Below, in pieces: positions 10,590 through 19,460 of a stretch of DNA of 64,000 nt. A model generated the notes under the pieces. That model did no database searches. It saw nothing but the letters and a program-made list of their open reading frames with translations, and had not been told where the DNA came from. Made by a program: the position numbers and the translations under genes. Location of the stretch: contig VGJO01000002.1 of the NCBI GenBank assembly GCA_016867415.1, positions 6,835 through 70,834 of the forward strand, read 5' to 3'. Numbering within the stretch: position 1 is the stretch's first letter; the number at the start of each line of letters is the position of its first letter. The DNA comes from Candidatus Harrisonbacteria bacterium. GTDB lineage: Bacteria > Patescibacteriota > Minisyncoccia > UBA6257 > UBA11618.

Positions 10590-10808
10590 ATGAAAAAAGA
10601 TGAGCTGAAAATCCTCCGATCTAAATCTGTTTCGGAACTCAAAAAATCAATCTCTGAGGCTAAGGACCGCCTCTGGAATTTTCGCAATGAATTATTAAGT
10701 GGTAAAGCTAAAAACGCCAAGAAATTGAAGGCCGAAAAAAAGCTTATCGCTCGTCTCAATACCTTTGCAAAAGAACAAGAACTTAACTCTGGAAAGACAG
10801 CCAAATAA
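10590..10808 (+). CDS. rpmC: 50S ribosomal protein L29
   Basis: 72 aa, L29-like; position. Confidence 0.88.
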   Translation: MKKDELKILRSKSVSELKKSISEAKDRLWNFRNELLSGKAKNAKKLKAEKKLIARLNTFAKEQELNSGKTAK

Positions 10809-10817
10809 ACCAAAGCT

Positions 10818-11072
10818 ATGAAATCTATAGATAAAAAAATCATCAAGCGGACTCTGCAAGGAGTAGTTGTCTCCGACAAAATGCAGAAGACGGCTATCGT
10901 CGAGGTCGAGACCGTCAAAAAACATCCTCGCTATGAAAAGCACTATAAGGTCAATAAGCGCTACAAAGCCCATAATGAAGACAATCAGTATAAAGTTGGT
11001 GATGTAGTAGTGATGGAAGAAACTCGTCCATTGTCAAAAGATAAAAGATGGGTTATAATTAAAAAATCCTAA
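10818..11072 (+). CDS. rpsQ: 30S ribosomal protein S17
   Basis: 84 aa, S17 OB-fold sequence GVVVSDKMQKTAIV. Confidence 0.9.
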   Translation: MKSIDKKIIKRTLQGVVVSDKMQKTAIVEVETVKKHPRYEKHYKVNKRYKAHNEDNQYKVGDVVVMEETRPLSKDKRWVIIKKS

Positions 11073-11076
11073 ATCT

Positions 11077-11442
11077 ATGTTGCAGTTACGGTCATTAGTA
11101 AAAGTCGCTGATAACACTGGCGCCAAAATAATCAATGTCTTCCGCATCCTAGGTGGCAGCCGCAAACGCTATGCTCGCTTGGGTGAGATTTTGATCGCTT
11201 CCGTGCGAGAAGCCGAACCCCGCAAGCAAGTCAAGAAAAAAGACATAGTCCGTTGCGTCGTGGTCCGTACTGCCAATCCCATCCGCCGTCCTGATGGTTC
11301 CTATCTCCGCTTTGATGAAAATGCTGTCGTGATTATCAATGAAAAAAATGAACCTCGCGGTACCCGTCTTTTTGGTCCCGTTCCTCGCGAGCTCAAAGAA
11401 AAATACGAAAAAATTTTTTCTTTAGCGGAAGATATTGTCTAA
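11077..11442 (+). CDS. rplN: 50S ribosomal protein L14
   Basis: MLQLRSLVKVADNTGAK typical L14 start. Confidence 0.95.
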   Translation: MLQLRSLVKVADNTGAKIINVFRILGGSRKRYARLGEILIASVREAEPRKQVKKKDIVRCVVVRTANPIRRPDGSYLRFDENAVVIINEKNEPRGTRLFGPVPRELKEKYEKIFSLAEDIV

Positions 11443-11761
11443 AACTATGGCTATCAAAATAAAAAAAGGAGATATGGTCCAAGTGTTAACCGGTAAAGAT
11501 GCGGGCAAATCCGGCAAGGTTCTTGAGATCGACAAAAAGACTAGCCGTCTCCGTGTAGACGGTATCAATGTTTTCAAGAAATTCGTAAAGAGTCAGACTA
11601 AGTCCGACAAAGGCAGCGAAGCGGTCACTATGAACCGTTCTCTTTCAATAAGCAATGTTTTGATTCTCTGCAAGAACTGCGGCAAAGCGTCTCGGATCGG
11701 TTATAAGATCGAGGGTGACAAGAAATTCCGCATTTGCAAGAAGTGTAAAGCGGTAATCTAA
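11435..11761 (+). CDS. rplX: 50S ribosomal protein L24 (KOW) with C-terminal CxxC-x17-CxxC zinc ribbon (possible start 11447)
   Basis: KKGDMVQVLTGKDAGKSGKV KOW motif; C-terminal CKNCGK...CKKCK. Confidence 0.88.
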   Translation: MSKTMAIKIKKGDMVQVLTGKDAGKSGKVLEIDKKTSRLRVDGINVFKKFVKSQTKSDKGSEAVTMNRSLSISNVLILCKNCGKASRIGYKIEGDKKFRICKKCKAVI

Positions 11762-11765
11762 ACCT

Positions 11766-12266
11766 ATGAAAAAGACTGGAGAAAAAAACTACAGAAACGA
11801 ATTCGAAAAAGTGGTAGTCAACAGCGGTATCGGCCGCTTGTCGATCAACACCCCCGGCTTCGAAGACAAGCTTCTTCCTGAAATCATGAAGGAGTTTACC
11901 GCTATCACCGCCCAAAAAGGAATGACGAGACCAGCTAAGAAGTCCATTGCCGGCTTCAAGACCCGAGAAGGCAATATCGTTGGAATCAAAGCCACTCTTC
12001 GCGGCAAGCGAATGGTTGATTTTCTCAATCGAATCATCAAGATCATTCTTCCTCGTCTCCGTGACTTCCGCGGCATTGATATCAATAATGTTGATACCCA
12101 TGGCAATCTTTCCATTGGTCTTCGCGATCACGTCGTTTTTCCAGAAATCAACCAAGAAAATAGTCGCGCCGCCTTCGGTGTCGAGATTACCATTGTTCCC
12201 AGAGTTAGGAATCGCGACATGGCTATCGAGACCTATCGTGAACTTGGCATCCCGTTTCAAAGATAA
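11766..12266 (+). CDS. rplE: 50S ribosomal protein L5
   Basis: 166 aa L5 family; position in spc operon. Confidence 0.93.
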   Translation: MKKTGEKNYRNEFEKVVVNSGIGRLSINTPGFEDKLLPEIMKEFTAITAQKGMTRPAKKSIAGFKTREGNIVGIKATLRGKRMVDFLNRIIKIILPRLRDFRGIDINNVDTHGNLSIGLRDHVVFPEINQENSRAAFGVEITIVPRVRNRDMAIETYRELGIPFQR

Positions 12267-12311
12267 AGTTGCAATTAAGCTCTAAACAAGTTACATTCAC
12301 TAGACAAAAAT

Positions 12312-12497
12312 ATGGCCAAGACTTCCGTAATCGCTCGCTCGCAAAAACCGCCAAAGTTTTCTACTCGGATTGTCCGACGTTGTTTTCGCTGTGGTCGTAA
12401 GCATGGCTATATGCGCGATTTCGGCATCTGCCGCATTTGCTTTAGAGAAATGGCCAGCAAGGGCGAAATTCCTGGAGTTCATAAATCTAGCTGGTAA
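12312..12497 (+). CDS. rpsZ: 30S ribosomal protein S14 type Z (zinc-binding)
   Basis: 61 aa with [20 protein letters not shown] zinc motif. Confidence 0.93.
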   Translation: MAKTSVIARSQKPPKFSTRIVRRCFRCGRKHGYMRDFGICRICFREMASKGEIPGVHKSSW

Positions 12498-12506
12498 ACA
12501 AAAGAT

Positions 12507-12893
12507 ATGTACGGACAAATTCTCACTCGCTTAAAAAACGCTACTATGGCTCGCCATGACGCTTTCCGTGTCCCGCACACAAAGCGCAGCTTAATCATCG
12601 CTGAAATCCTAGAAAAAAATGGTTATATAAAAGGCATTGCCAAAAAAGGCCGCACTGAAACCAGTCGCTTTTTAGAGCTTAAGATTAGCTACGACGAAAA
12701 TGGTCGTCCCGTATTCAGCGATTTCAAGCTCGTCAGCAAGCCTTCTCGCCGTCTCTACGCTGGCTATAAAGATTTCAAGCCGGTAAAAAGCGGTTATGGC
12801 CACCTTGTAGTCAGCACCCCGCAAGGGATTATGACTAGCAAAGAAGCCCGCAAGCAAAAAGCCGGCGGCGAACTCCTCTTTGAAATCTGGTAA
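12507..12893 (+). CDS. rpsH: 30S ribosomal protein S8
   Basis: 128 aa S8 family; C-terminal GGELLFEIW. Confidence 0.93.
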   Translation: MYGQILTRLKNATMARHDAFRVPHTKRSLIIAEILEKNGYIKGIAKKGRTETSRFLELKISYDENGRPVFSDFKLVSKPSRRLYAGYKDFKPVKSGYGHLVVSTPQGIMTSKEARKQKAGGELLFEIW

Positions 12894-12895
12894 CC

Positions 12896-12921
12896 AAAAA
12901 ACCGCAAACGCGGTTTTTTTT
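12896..12921 (+). terminator. Intrinsic terminator immediately after rpsH (inside the spc operon)
   Basis: AAAAAACCGC AAAC GCGGUUUUUUUU. Confidence 0.7.
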
Positions 12922-13068
12922 CTGGTATTGTCATTCTGAACTCCTAGAAGCGATTAAGCGCTCTCTAGAGAACGGCAAGAAACATAGCCGCTCAATAATG
13001 GACGATCCTAAGGGAGAGATCATTCAGAAGGCATAATCTTCTTCAAATATCTAAATTTCACCCACTTA

Positions 13069-13095
13069 CCCCGCATCTTGCGGGGCTTTTCTTTT
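13069..13095 (+). terminator. Second intrinsic terminator before the rplF promoter
   Basis: CCCCGC AUCUU GCGGGG followed by CUUUUCUUUU. Confidence 0.65.
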
Positions 13096-13111
13096 AAAAA
13101 TACAAACCATC

Positions 13112-13140
13112 TTGCAAAACAAAACGCAATTTGCTAGACT
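13112..13140 (+). promoter_or_regulatory. Internal promoter for rplF-rplR-rpsE-rplO-secY (-35 TTGCAA 13112-13117, 17-bp spacer, -10 TAGACT 13135-13140)
   Basis: Good -35/-10 match with 17-bp spacing about 20 nt upstream of rplF ATG. Confidence 0.5.
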
Positions 13141-13160
13141 TACGCTACTTTTCTAAATAC

Positions 13161-13706
13161 ATGAGCCGCTTAGGAAAAAAGCCAATTGAGATCCCTGAAG
13201 GGATCGAAGTCACCACTTCTGACTCTATCATCACCGTTAAAGGCAAGATGGGTACCTTGACCGTACCCATCCTCCCTTTCATCAAGGCTGAAGCCAAGGA
13301 TAAAGCTATGACCTTTGAAGTCTTGGGCGACAATCACCAGGGCTTAATCAATCTAGGTACCATCGCCTCTCTTTTTAAAAATGCCTTAGTCGGTCTCGAG
13401 ACTGGCTATGCTAAATCATTAAAGATCGAAGGTGTCGGCTATAAAGTCGCCGTTGAAGGTAAAAATCTTTCTTTCAATGTCGGCTTCAGTCATCCGGTAA
13501 AGTTTATCGTTCCCGAAGGCATTAAAGCAGAGGTGGATAAAAATACCATTAAGATCAGTGGTATCGACAAATATCTCGTTGGCCAGACCGCGGCCAATAT
13601 CCGCAAGATCAAAAAGCCCGAGCCCTACAAAGGCAAGGGGATTCGCTACGAAAACGAAGTCGTTCGCCGCAAGGCCGGCAAGAAAGTCGGTGCCTCCGCC
13701 GCCTAA
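13161..13706 (+). CDS. rplF: 50S ribosomal protein L6 (start MSRLGKKPIEIP; in-frame ORF extends upstream to 13131)
   Basis: L6 family; canonical MSRxGKxPI start. Confidence 0.93.
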   Translation: MSRLGKKPIEIPEGIEVTTSDSIITVKGKMGTLTVPILPFIKAEAKDKAMTFEVLGDNHQGLINLGTIASLFKNALVGLETGYAKSLKIEGVGYKVAVEGKNLSFNVGFSHPVKFIVPEGIKAEVDKNTIKISGIDKYLVGQTAANIRKIKKPEPYKGKGIRYENEVVRRKAGKKVGASAA

Positions 13707-13718
13707 ACCATCACGACC

Positions 13719-14063
13719 ATGAAAAAAATTCTTATCAACAAAAGAAAGCAAGCTCGTGCCAAGCGCATCCGCGCCAAGATTTTTGGTGTTGCGGCAAAAC
13801 CCCGCCTTTCCGTCTTCCGTAGCAACAAATACACTTATGCTCAGCTAATCGATGATAGCAAGGGAATAACTCTTATCTCGGGCAATACAAAAACTGAAAA
13901 AGGAAAAAAATCCGAACGCGCTCTTACCCTTGGCAAGAATCTCGCCGAAAAAGCTAAAAAGTCCGGCATTGAAGCCGTCATCTTTGATAAAGGTTCCTAT
14001 AAATATCACGGTCGGATAAAATCGATTGCCGATGGCGCTCGAGAAGGTGGACTCAAATTTTAA
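13719..14063 (+). CDS. rplR: 50S ribosomal protein L18
   Basis: 114 aa L18 family (RLSVFRSNKYTYAQLIDD). Confidence 0.92.
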   Translation: MKKILINKRKQARAKRIRAKIFGVAAKPRLSVFRSNKYTYAQLIDDSKGITLISGNTKTEKGKKSERALTLGKNLAEKAKKSGIEAVIFDKGSYKYHGRIKSIADGAREGGLKF

Positions 14064-14072
14064 TACATAATT

Positions 14073-14708
14073 ATGGAAAACACTCCAAACAAAAATATAA
14101 GTGCTCCTCGCTCCAGTAATCAGCGCAGCTACTCCTCCGATCGTGGTCCTTCTCGCGATGGCGCTCGCGGTCCTCGCCGTTTTGGTGACAAGAAGCCCGC
14201 TCCATTTATAAAAACTGATGGTTTTAAAGAAAAAGTGATCGACATGCGCCGCGTCACCCGCGTGGTCGCTGGTGGTAAGCGCTTTCGCTTCCGGGCCACA
14301 ATCATCATTGGCGATGAAAAAGGCCAGGTCGGTGTCGGTATTGCAAAAGGCGCTGATGTCGCCCAGGCCGTTGATAAGGCTAAAACCGCCGCCAAAAAAG
14401 CCTTGATCCGCGTAGGCACTAAAGGCACCACTATTATTCATGAAGTAAGCGCCAAGTTCGGCGCCGCAAGAGTGATGATCAAACCTGCTCCGGTAGGTCA
14501 TGGTCTCCGGGCTGGTGGTTCTTCCCGCGTCGTGCTTGCTATGGCCGGCATAAAAGACGCGATCGGCAAGACCTTAGGCTCGACTACCAATAAGCTCACC
14601 AATGCGATCGCCACCATCCACGCCTTGGAAAAAATCAAGGTAAAGCCCGCCGCCCCGAAGGAAAAAGTCGCATTAGAAACCTCTGCCCCCGCGGCCGAAA
14701 CGAAATAA
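14073..14708 (+). CDS. rpsE: 30S ribosomal protein S5 with N-terminal R/S-rich extension
   Basis: S5 dsRBD and C-terminal domain (RVVAGGKRFRFRA, GIKDAIGK). Confidence 0.93.
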   Translation: MENTPNKNISAPRSSNQRSYSSDRGPSRDGARGPRRFGDKKPAPFIKTDGFKEKVIDMRRVTRVVAGGKRFRFRATIIIGDEKGQVGVGIAKGADVAQAVDKAKTAAKKALIRVGTKGTTIIHEVSAKFGAARVMIKPAPVGHGLRAGGSSRVVLAMAGIKDAIGKTLGSTTNKLTNAIATIHALEKIKVKPAAPKEKVALETSAPAAETK

Positions 14709-14712
14709 ATCT

Positions 14713-15174
14713 ATGCAACTTCACGATTTACGTCCTCATCACTTAAAAGAAAAGAAAAAAACCCGCGTCGGCCGTGGCGGCAAACGGGGCACTTACTCTG
14801 GTCGCGGTAGCAACGGTCAGAAACAACATGCCGGTCGCCGCATCAAGCCCGCTATTTCCAATCTCATTATTCGTCTTCCAAAACTCCGGGGTTTCAAAAA
14901 TAAGCCCAAGAGTCCCAAGGCGATTATTATAAACATTAAAGATCTTGCAAAGCTCAAAAGCGACATTGTCTCTCCCGTCACTCTTCTTGAGGCTGGCTTT
15001 ATTGTAAAGCGAGACTTAGGGAGCAAGATCAAGCTCTTAAGTGATGGAGAAGCTATGAAGGCCTATACAGTGAGCCCCGAAATCATCACCTCCGTTCTTG
15101 CAAGGAATAAGATTGAAAAAGCCGGCGGTAAAGTCTCTGCCGACGTTTCTTCTGAAACAAATAAGGTACAATAA
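14713..15174 (+). CDS. rplO: 50S ribosomal protein L15 (directly after S5; no L30 gene)
   Basis: GRGGKRGTYSGRGSNGQK motif of L15. Confidence 0.93.
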   Translation: MQLHDLRPHHLKEKKKTRVGRGGKRGTYSGRGSNGQKQHAGRRIKPAISNLIIRLPKLRGFKNKPKSPKAIIINIKDLAKLKSDIVSPVTLLEAGFIVKRDLGSKIKLLSDGEAMKAYTVSPEIITSVLARNKIEKAGGKVSADVSSETNKVQ

Positions 15175-15184
15175 AAAGTACAAT

Positions 15185-16462
15185 ATGTTTGAAAAAATAC
15201 TCCGTATTGTGAAAAGCCCCGACCTGTTAGGCCGCATTGGGATTATATCCGGTATACTCATCGCTTTCCGCCTGATGGCCGCTGTCCCGATTCCCGGTAT
15301 CGATTCCACTCGGCTTATCGACCTTTTTAATTCTAATAGTATCCTAGGCTTCTTAAATGTTTTCTCCGGTGGCGCCTTAAGCAGTCTCTCGATCGTCATG
15401 CTTGGCGTTGGTCCCTATATTACTGCGAGCATCGTCCTTCAGCTTCTCACGATGATCTTCCCAAAGCTCAAGGCCCTGTATTATGAAAATGGCAGCCGAG
15501 GCCGAGCTCAGCTAAATCGAATCACTCGTCAGCTCTCCGTCCCGCTTGCCGCCCTTCAGGCATACACATTTTTAAATCTTCTTAATCAGCAAGGTGTCTT
15601 CACTGACTTTACTCCACTTTCCGTGATTACCAATGTGATTGTCGCCACCGCTGGTAGTCTTATCTTGGTCTGGCTAGGAGACATTATCACCGAACAAAAG
15701 CTCGGCAATGGCGTCTCCCTCCTCATCTTTGCCGGTATCGTAAGTGCCATTCCCGAGACTATCCGCAATTCTATCCTTACCTATGATGCCGGTCAGCTTC
15801 CCACCTATATTGCCTATGCGTTGATTGCTATTGCGGTTGTAGGAGGTGTCGTCTTGGTCACCCAAGGTGAGCGAAAGATCAATATTCTTTATGCTCGCCA
15901 AATCCGGGGTATGAGTACCGGTGGCGCCATCAGTAACACCTCCTATCTTCCTATCAAGGTCAATCAAGCTGGCGTCATTCCCATCATCTTTGCTGTCTCA
16001 ATCATTCTTTTCCCGCAATTTCTCTCTCAGATAATCGCTCTCATCTATCCGAGCGTTGGCGCAATCCTTGCAGACTGGAGCAATTACCTTCTCCAAAATC
16101 AGTGGGTCTATAGCATCATCTACTTCGTCCTCGTCTTTGCCTTCACCTTCTTCTATACCTCAATCACCTTTGAGCCCAAAGAAATTGCCCTGAATCTTAA
16201 GCGTTCCGGCGGATCGATCCCTGGTATCCGTCCTGGTGAACCCACCGAAGAACATCTCGGCACTATTTCCAATCGAGTTACCCTCTTTGGCGCGCTCTTC
16301 CTCGGCCTGATTGCCATCTTCCCCAATATCACCCAAGCCATCACCGGCGCTACTAATCTCTCCATCCAAGGCACTTCTCTCTTAATTGTCGTCTCTGTCG
16401 CCCTTGATTCCATCCGCCAACTAAACTCCCAGCTCGCCCTCCGCGAATACGAAATCTCTTAA
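15185..16462 (+). CDS. secY: Preprotein translocase subunit SecY (start MFEKILRI; ORF track extends in-frame to 15098)
   Basis: 10-TM SecY family sequence; conserved position after rplO. Confidence 0.93.
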   Translation: MFEKILRIVKSPDLLGRIGIISGILIAFRLMAAVPIPGIDSTRLIDLFNSNSILGFLNVFSGGALSSLSIVMLGVGPYITASIVLQLLTMIFPKLKALYYENGSRGRAQLNRITRQLSVPLAALQAYTFLNLLNQQGVFTDFTPLSVITNVIVATAGSLILVWLGDIITEQKLGNGVSLLIFAGIVSAIPETIRNSILTYDAGQLPTYIAYALIAIAVVGGVVLVTQGERKINILYARQIRGMSTGGAISNTSYLPIKVNQAGVIPIIFAVSIILFPQFLSQIIALIYPSVGAILADWSNYLLQNQWVYSIIYFVLVFAFTFFYTSITFEPKEIALNLKRSGGSIPGIRPGEPTEEHLGTISNRVTLFGALFLGLIAIFPNITQAITGATNLSIQGTSLLIVVSVALDSIRQLNSQLALREYEIS

Positions 16463-16575
16463 AAAACGCTTAGGTAGGATTAGGATAGTAAGCAGTCTGA
16501 AATGGTCTGAGCCAAAAAATGGCGCAATCTTCTCAAATATCTCTTCTCCTAAAAGAGCCTCAAAAATTTTATCCT

Positions 16576-16606
16576 CACCCCCGTATCAATGGGGGTTTCT
16601 TTTTTA
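16576..16606 (+). terminator. Intrinsic terminator after secY
   Basis: ACCCCC GUAUCAAU GGGGG followed by UUUCUUUUUU. Confidence 0.75.
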
Positions 16607-16687
16607 AATACATTTATCTTACGGCCGTAAGATCGTTATATCTTTAAAATTTCAAAATCTCCCCAAAAATGCTACTCTTTCTTCAAC

Positions 16688-17308
16688 ATGACCTCCTGGA
16701 AATCCCAATCTTTTGTTTTCATCGGCCACTCCGGCTCCGGAAAAAGCCTCCAAAGCCACCTCCTTGAAGAGGCGGTAAAAAAAGACGAGCCTGAAGCCGA
16801 GATAGTAAGTTTCTCCGTCGGCTCCCTCTTTCGCGCCCGCGCCGAAGGCGCCAATTTTTTCGCTCAAAAGATAAAAAATATTTTAATGAATGGCGGCCTC
16901 CCACCAGCCTGGCTCGCCGAGACGCTCTGGATCGAAAAGCTCGCAAATAGCATCCACTCGCAAGACGCCATAATCTTGAGCGAGAGCATGCCCCGCCGCC
17001 TACATGAAGCTGAAGTCTTTGACGACATTCTCCGTTTTCTCGGTAGGCCAAGAGCTATCCCAATATACCTCGACATTCCTAAAGATGAATCTCTCCGCCG
17101 TTTGAAAGAGCGAGCCGAACGCACCTCAGATAAAGACCCGAAAGCTCGCGAAGCCCTTTCCGCCTGGTTTGAGCGAGAAATTCCTGCTATTTTGAATTAC
17201 TATGATTCCCGGCTTATCTCTATTGATGGAGTAGGGGAGATAGAAGCGATTCACGAAAGAATTATGACCCATCTCTCTGAAAGTGGGCCTCTCTTGAAGA
17301 AAAAATAG
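16688..17308 (+). CDS. adk: Adenylate kinase-like NMP kinase (divergent, short form without LID insertion)
   Basis: P-loop GHSGSGKS, NMP-binding and core motifs alignable with Adk; conserved secY-adk-map synteny. Confidence 0.6.
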   Translation: MTSWKSQSFVFIGHSGSGKSLQSHLLEEAVKKDEPEAEIVSFSVGSLFRARAEGANFFAQKIKNILMNGGLPPAWLAETLWIEKLANSIHSQDAIILSESMPRRLHEAEVFDDILRFLGRPRAIPIYLDIPKDESLRRLKERAERTSDKDPKAREALSAWFEREIPAILNYYDSRLISIDGVGEIEAIHERIMTHLSESGPLLKKK

Positions 17309-17329
17309 CAAAGAAAGTAATAGAAAATT

Positions 17330-18091
17330 TTGATTCACATAAAATCTAAAGATGAAATAGCTCTGATGAAAGAGGGTGGGGAAATCCTTCGGCACATCAA
17401 AGAAGAGCTTATTAAAGTCATCCGCGTCGGGACCTCGCTCCGCACCATCGATGACTATGCCTCCTCTCTTTTTGCCCGCTCCGGTGGCAAAGCGGCTTTC
17501 TTAGGCTACCGTCCCCAAGGTGCAAAAAAAGCCTACTCAGCCTCGATCTGCACCTCAATAAATGACATCATAGTCCACGGCCTACCCACCGAATATGCCA
17601 TTAATCCCGGCGACGTAGTCAAACTCGATCTTGGTATGCTCTATAAAGGTTTTTACACTGATACTGCCACCACCATCCTCGTCTCCCCAGTCAAAAAAGA
17701 AGTAAAAAATCTCCTTCTTGCCGCCGAAGTCGCCCTCGCGGAAGCCACCCTCATGTGTTCGCCCGGTCGCTCCATCTTTGATATTTCCAGAGCCATTGAG
17801 CGCACTGCCCGCCAATATGGCGTCTACCCCTGCATAGGTCTCACAGGCCACGGGATCGGCCGCAATCTCCACGAAGACCCCTGGATCCCAAACGATACAA
17901 AGTATGCCTCAAAAAAGATAGAGATAAAACCTGGCATGGTCCTTGCCATTGAGCCCATGTTTGCCTTAGGTACCGCCGAAGTCATCGAGCTCCCCGACGA
18001 AAGCTATGCCACCAAAGACAGCTCCGTCTGCGTCCATGTTGAACACACAATCGCCATTACCGAAACAAGCCGGGAAGTCCTCACCGCCTAA
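17330..18091 (+). CDS. map: Methionine aminopeptidase type I
   Basis: 253 aa; pita-bread fold metal ligands (D..D..H..E..E pattern), conserved synteny. Confidence 0.92.
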   Translation: MIHIKSKDEIALMKEGGEILRHIKEELIKVIRVGTSLRTIDDYASSLFARSGGKAAFLGYRPQGAKKAYSASICTSINDIIVHGLPTEYAINPGDVVKLDLGMLYKGFYTDTATTILVSPVKKEVKNLLLAAEVALAEATLMCSPGRSIFDISRAIERTARQYGVYPCIGLTGHGIGRNLHEDPWIPNDTKYASKKIEIKPGMVLAIEPMFALGTAEVIELPDESYATKDSSVCVHVEHTIAITETSREVLTA

Positions 18092-18782
18092 TCCTAATTA
18101 TCTTCTCTCCTTCCTTGTCTTCATAAGCAATCTTGTCGAGCAAAAAAATCTCAGTCTCTTTATCCTAAAGCTCGACTATCTCCGGTCTCGTTTCAAATCT
18201 CCTATCTCTATTGGCCTTGTCCATTCCAAAAAAGAAACTATTACTGCCAAAGAAATTATTTTCTGCGAAAAAGCTACACGCTTTTTCCCTCACCTCTTCC
18301 TCATTCCTGACCATCCCCAAAAAGAAATCGTCTATAAGCACGCTTTAGAAAAGACCAAAAGCGACTGGCTCTTTTCTCTCTGTCCTCAAAGCTTCGCCGC
18401 TGAAGAAAAAGAAATATTACTCATCCTTAATCAGCTAAACGAAAAAATCGACCTTCTCCTCTTCGAACGAGAAAAAAAGTCTTCATTTTTTCGTTCTCTT
18501 CCCATTTCCTTTCTCTTTTGGATAAGAGGCCTCTTCATCAAAGATCTTCGCAATCCAAATTTTGTCATCCACCGCGCCCTCCTCCACTATATTTTAAATA
18601 TAGAAGAAAAATCCCCTGATTTTTTTATGGAAAATATCATTCTAAAAAGTGATGAGCACGGCGCCCGCATCAAAGTCTTCCCCCTTAAAAATCTAAGCTT
18701 CCTTTCTCCCACCGAAAAACATCCCCCCTCTTTCCTTGACGCTTTCCGCTTTGTATGCAAAAATCTAAAAGCAAAAAAGTAG
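18006..18782 (+). CDS. Hypothetical protein (true start uncertain; the ORF's 5' end overlaps the 3' end of map)
   Basis: 258-aa ORF, no recognisable domain; occupies the position where infA-rpmJ-rpsM-rpsK-rpoA-rplQ usually follow map. Confidence 0.35.
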   Translation: MPPKTAPSASMLNTQSPLPKQAGKSSPPNPNYLLSFLVFISNLVEQKNLSLFILKLDYLRSRFKSPISIGLVHSKKETITAKEIIFCEKATRFFPHLFLIPDHPQKEIVYKHALEKTKSDWLFSLCPQSFAAEEKEILLILNQLNEKIDLLLFEREKKSSFFRSLPISFLFWIRGLFIKDLRNPNFVIHRALLHYILNIEEKSPDFFMENIILKSDEHGARIKVFPLKNLSFLSPTEKHPPSFLDAFRFVCKNLKAKK

Positions 18783-18802
18783 CCTAAATAACTACGAAAA
18801 AG

Positions 18803-18971
18803 TGAGCAAAATTGCAAGCGAAGTAATTTTGAATTGAGTTTTCGATTTCTTTCTGAGGAGAATCCCAGGGTATTCTAAAAGAAGTATATATTTGCCTCGC
18901 TGATGTGTACTCGAGAAAGTGGGAAAAGCCAACGTAGAAAAAAATCGTAAAATCCGCCAAAAGTACGAGCA
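18803..18971 (+). repeat. Dispersed intergenic repeat family, long copy A (3' core CCAAAAGTACGAGCA), ends 11 nt before greA ATG
   Basis: Shares GCGAAGTAATTTTGAATTGAGTTTTCGATTT... and GAAAAAAATCGTAAAATCCGCCAAAAGTACGAG with copies at 23017, 26775, 61885. Confidence 0.8.
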
Positions 18972-18982
18972 TATAAATAATT

Positions 18983-19450
18983 ATGAGCATCAGTGAACAA
19001 CAGTACTTTACAAAAGACCGTCTTGAAGAACTTAAAAAAGAACTCGAAGCCCTAAAGCATGATGGTCGTATTGAAATCTCCGAGCGGCTGAAGCGTGCCA
19101 AAGATCTGGGCGATCTTTCAGAAAATGCCGAATACCAGGAAGCGCGGGAATCCCAAAATATTCTAGAAAAAAGAATCTTCGAACTCGAAGAGATGATGAA
19201 GCATGCCGTCATCATCAAGAAATCCAGCGATCACACCCAAGTACGCATTGGCTCCACGATTATGACAAAGCACGGCAGCAAAGAACTCAAATTTACCATT
19301 GTGGGTGCGAATGAAGCTCGCCCTGAATCCGGTTTTATAAGCAACGAATCTCCTATTGGCAAAGCCTTCCTCGGAAAAAAAGCTGGAGATGAAGTCAAAT
19401 TTAAAGCTCCCAAGGGAGAAATGAGCTATAAAGTAGTCTCAGTAGATTAA
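18983..19450 (+). CDS. greA: Transcription elongation factor GreA
   Basis: 155 aa; N-terminal coiled-coil with DLSENAEY acidic tip motif; C-terminal FKBP-like domain. Confidence 0.92.
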   Translation: MSISEQQYFTKDRLEELKKELEALKHDGRIEISERLKRAKDLGDLSENAEYQEARESQNILEKRIFELEEMMKHAVIIKKSSDHTQVRIGSTIMTKHGSKELKFTIVGANEARPESGFISNESPIGKAFLGKKAGDEVKFKAPKGEMSYKVVSVD

Positions 19451-19460
19451 TCTTCCTCTT

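Noticed and set aside
15098-15184. Upstream extension of secY to 15098 (ORF track) and of rplD to 6753, rplF to 13131, rplI to 50038, fmt to 60557
   Set aside because: The extensions overlap the preceding conserved genes and the canonical N-termini (MFEKILRI, MKTNLYNL, MSRLGKKPIEIP, MRVLLIKD, MKYVFFGTP) begin at internal Met codons.
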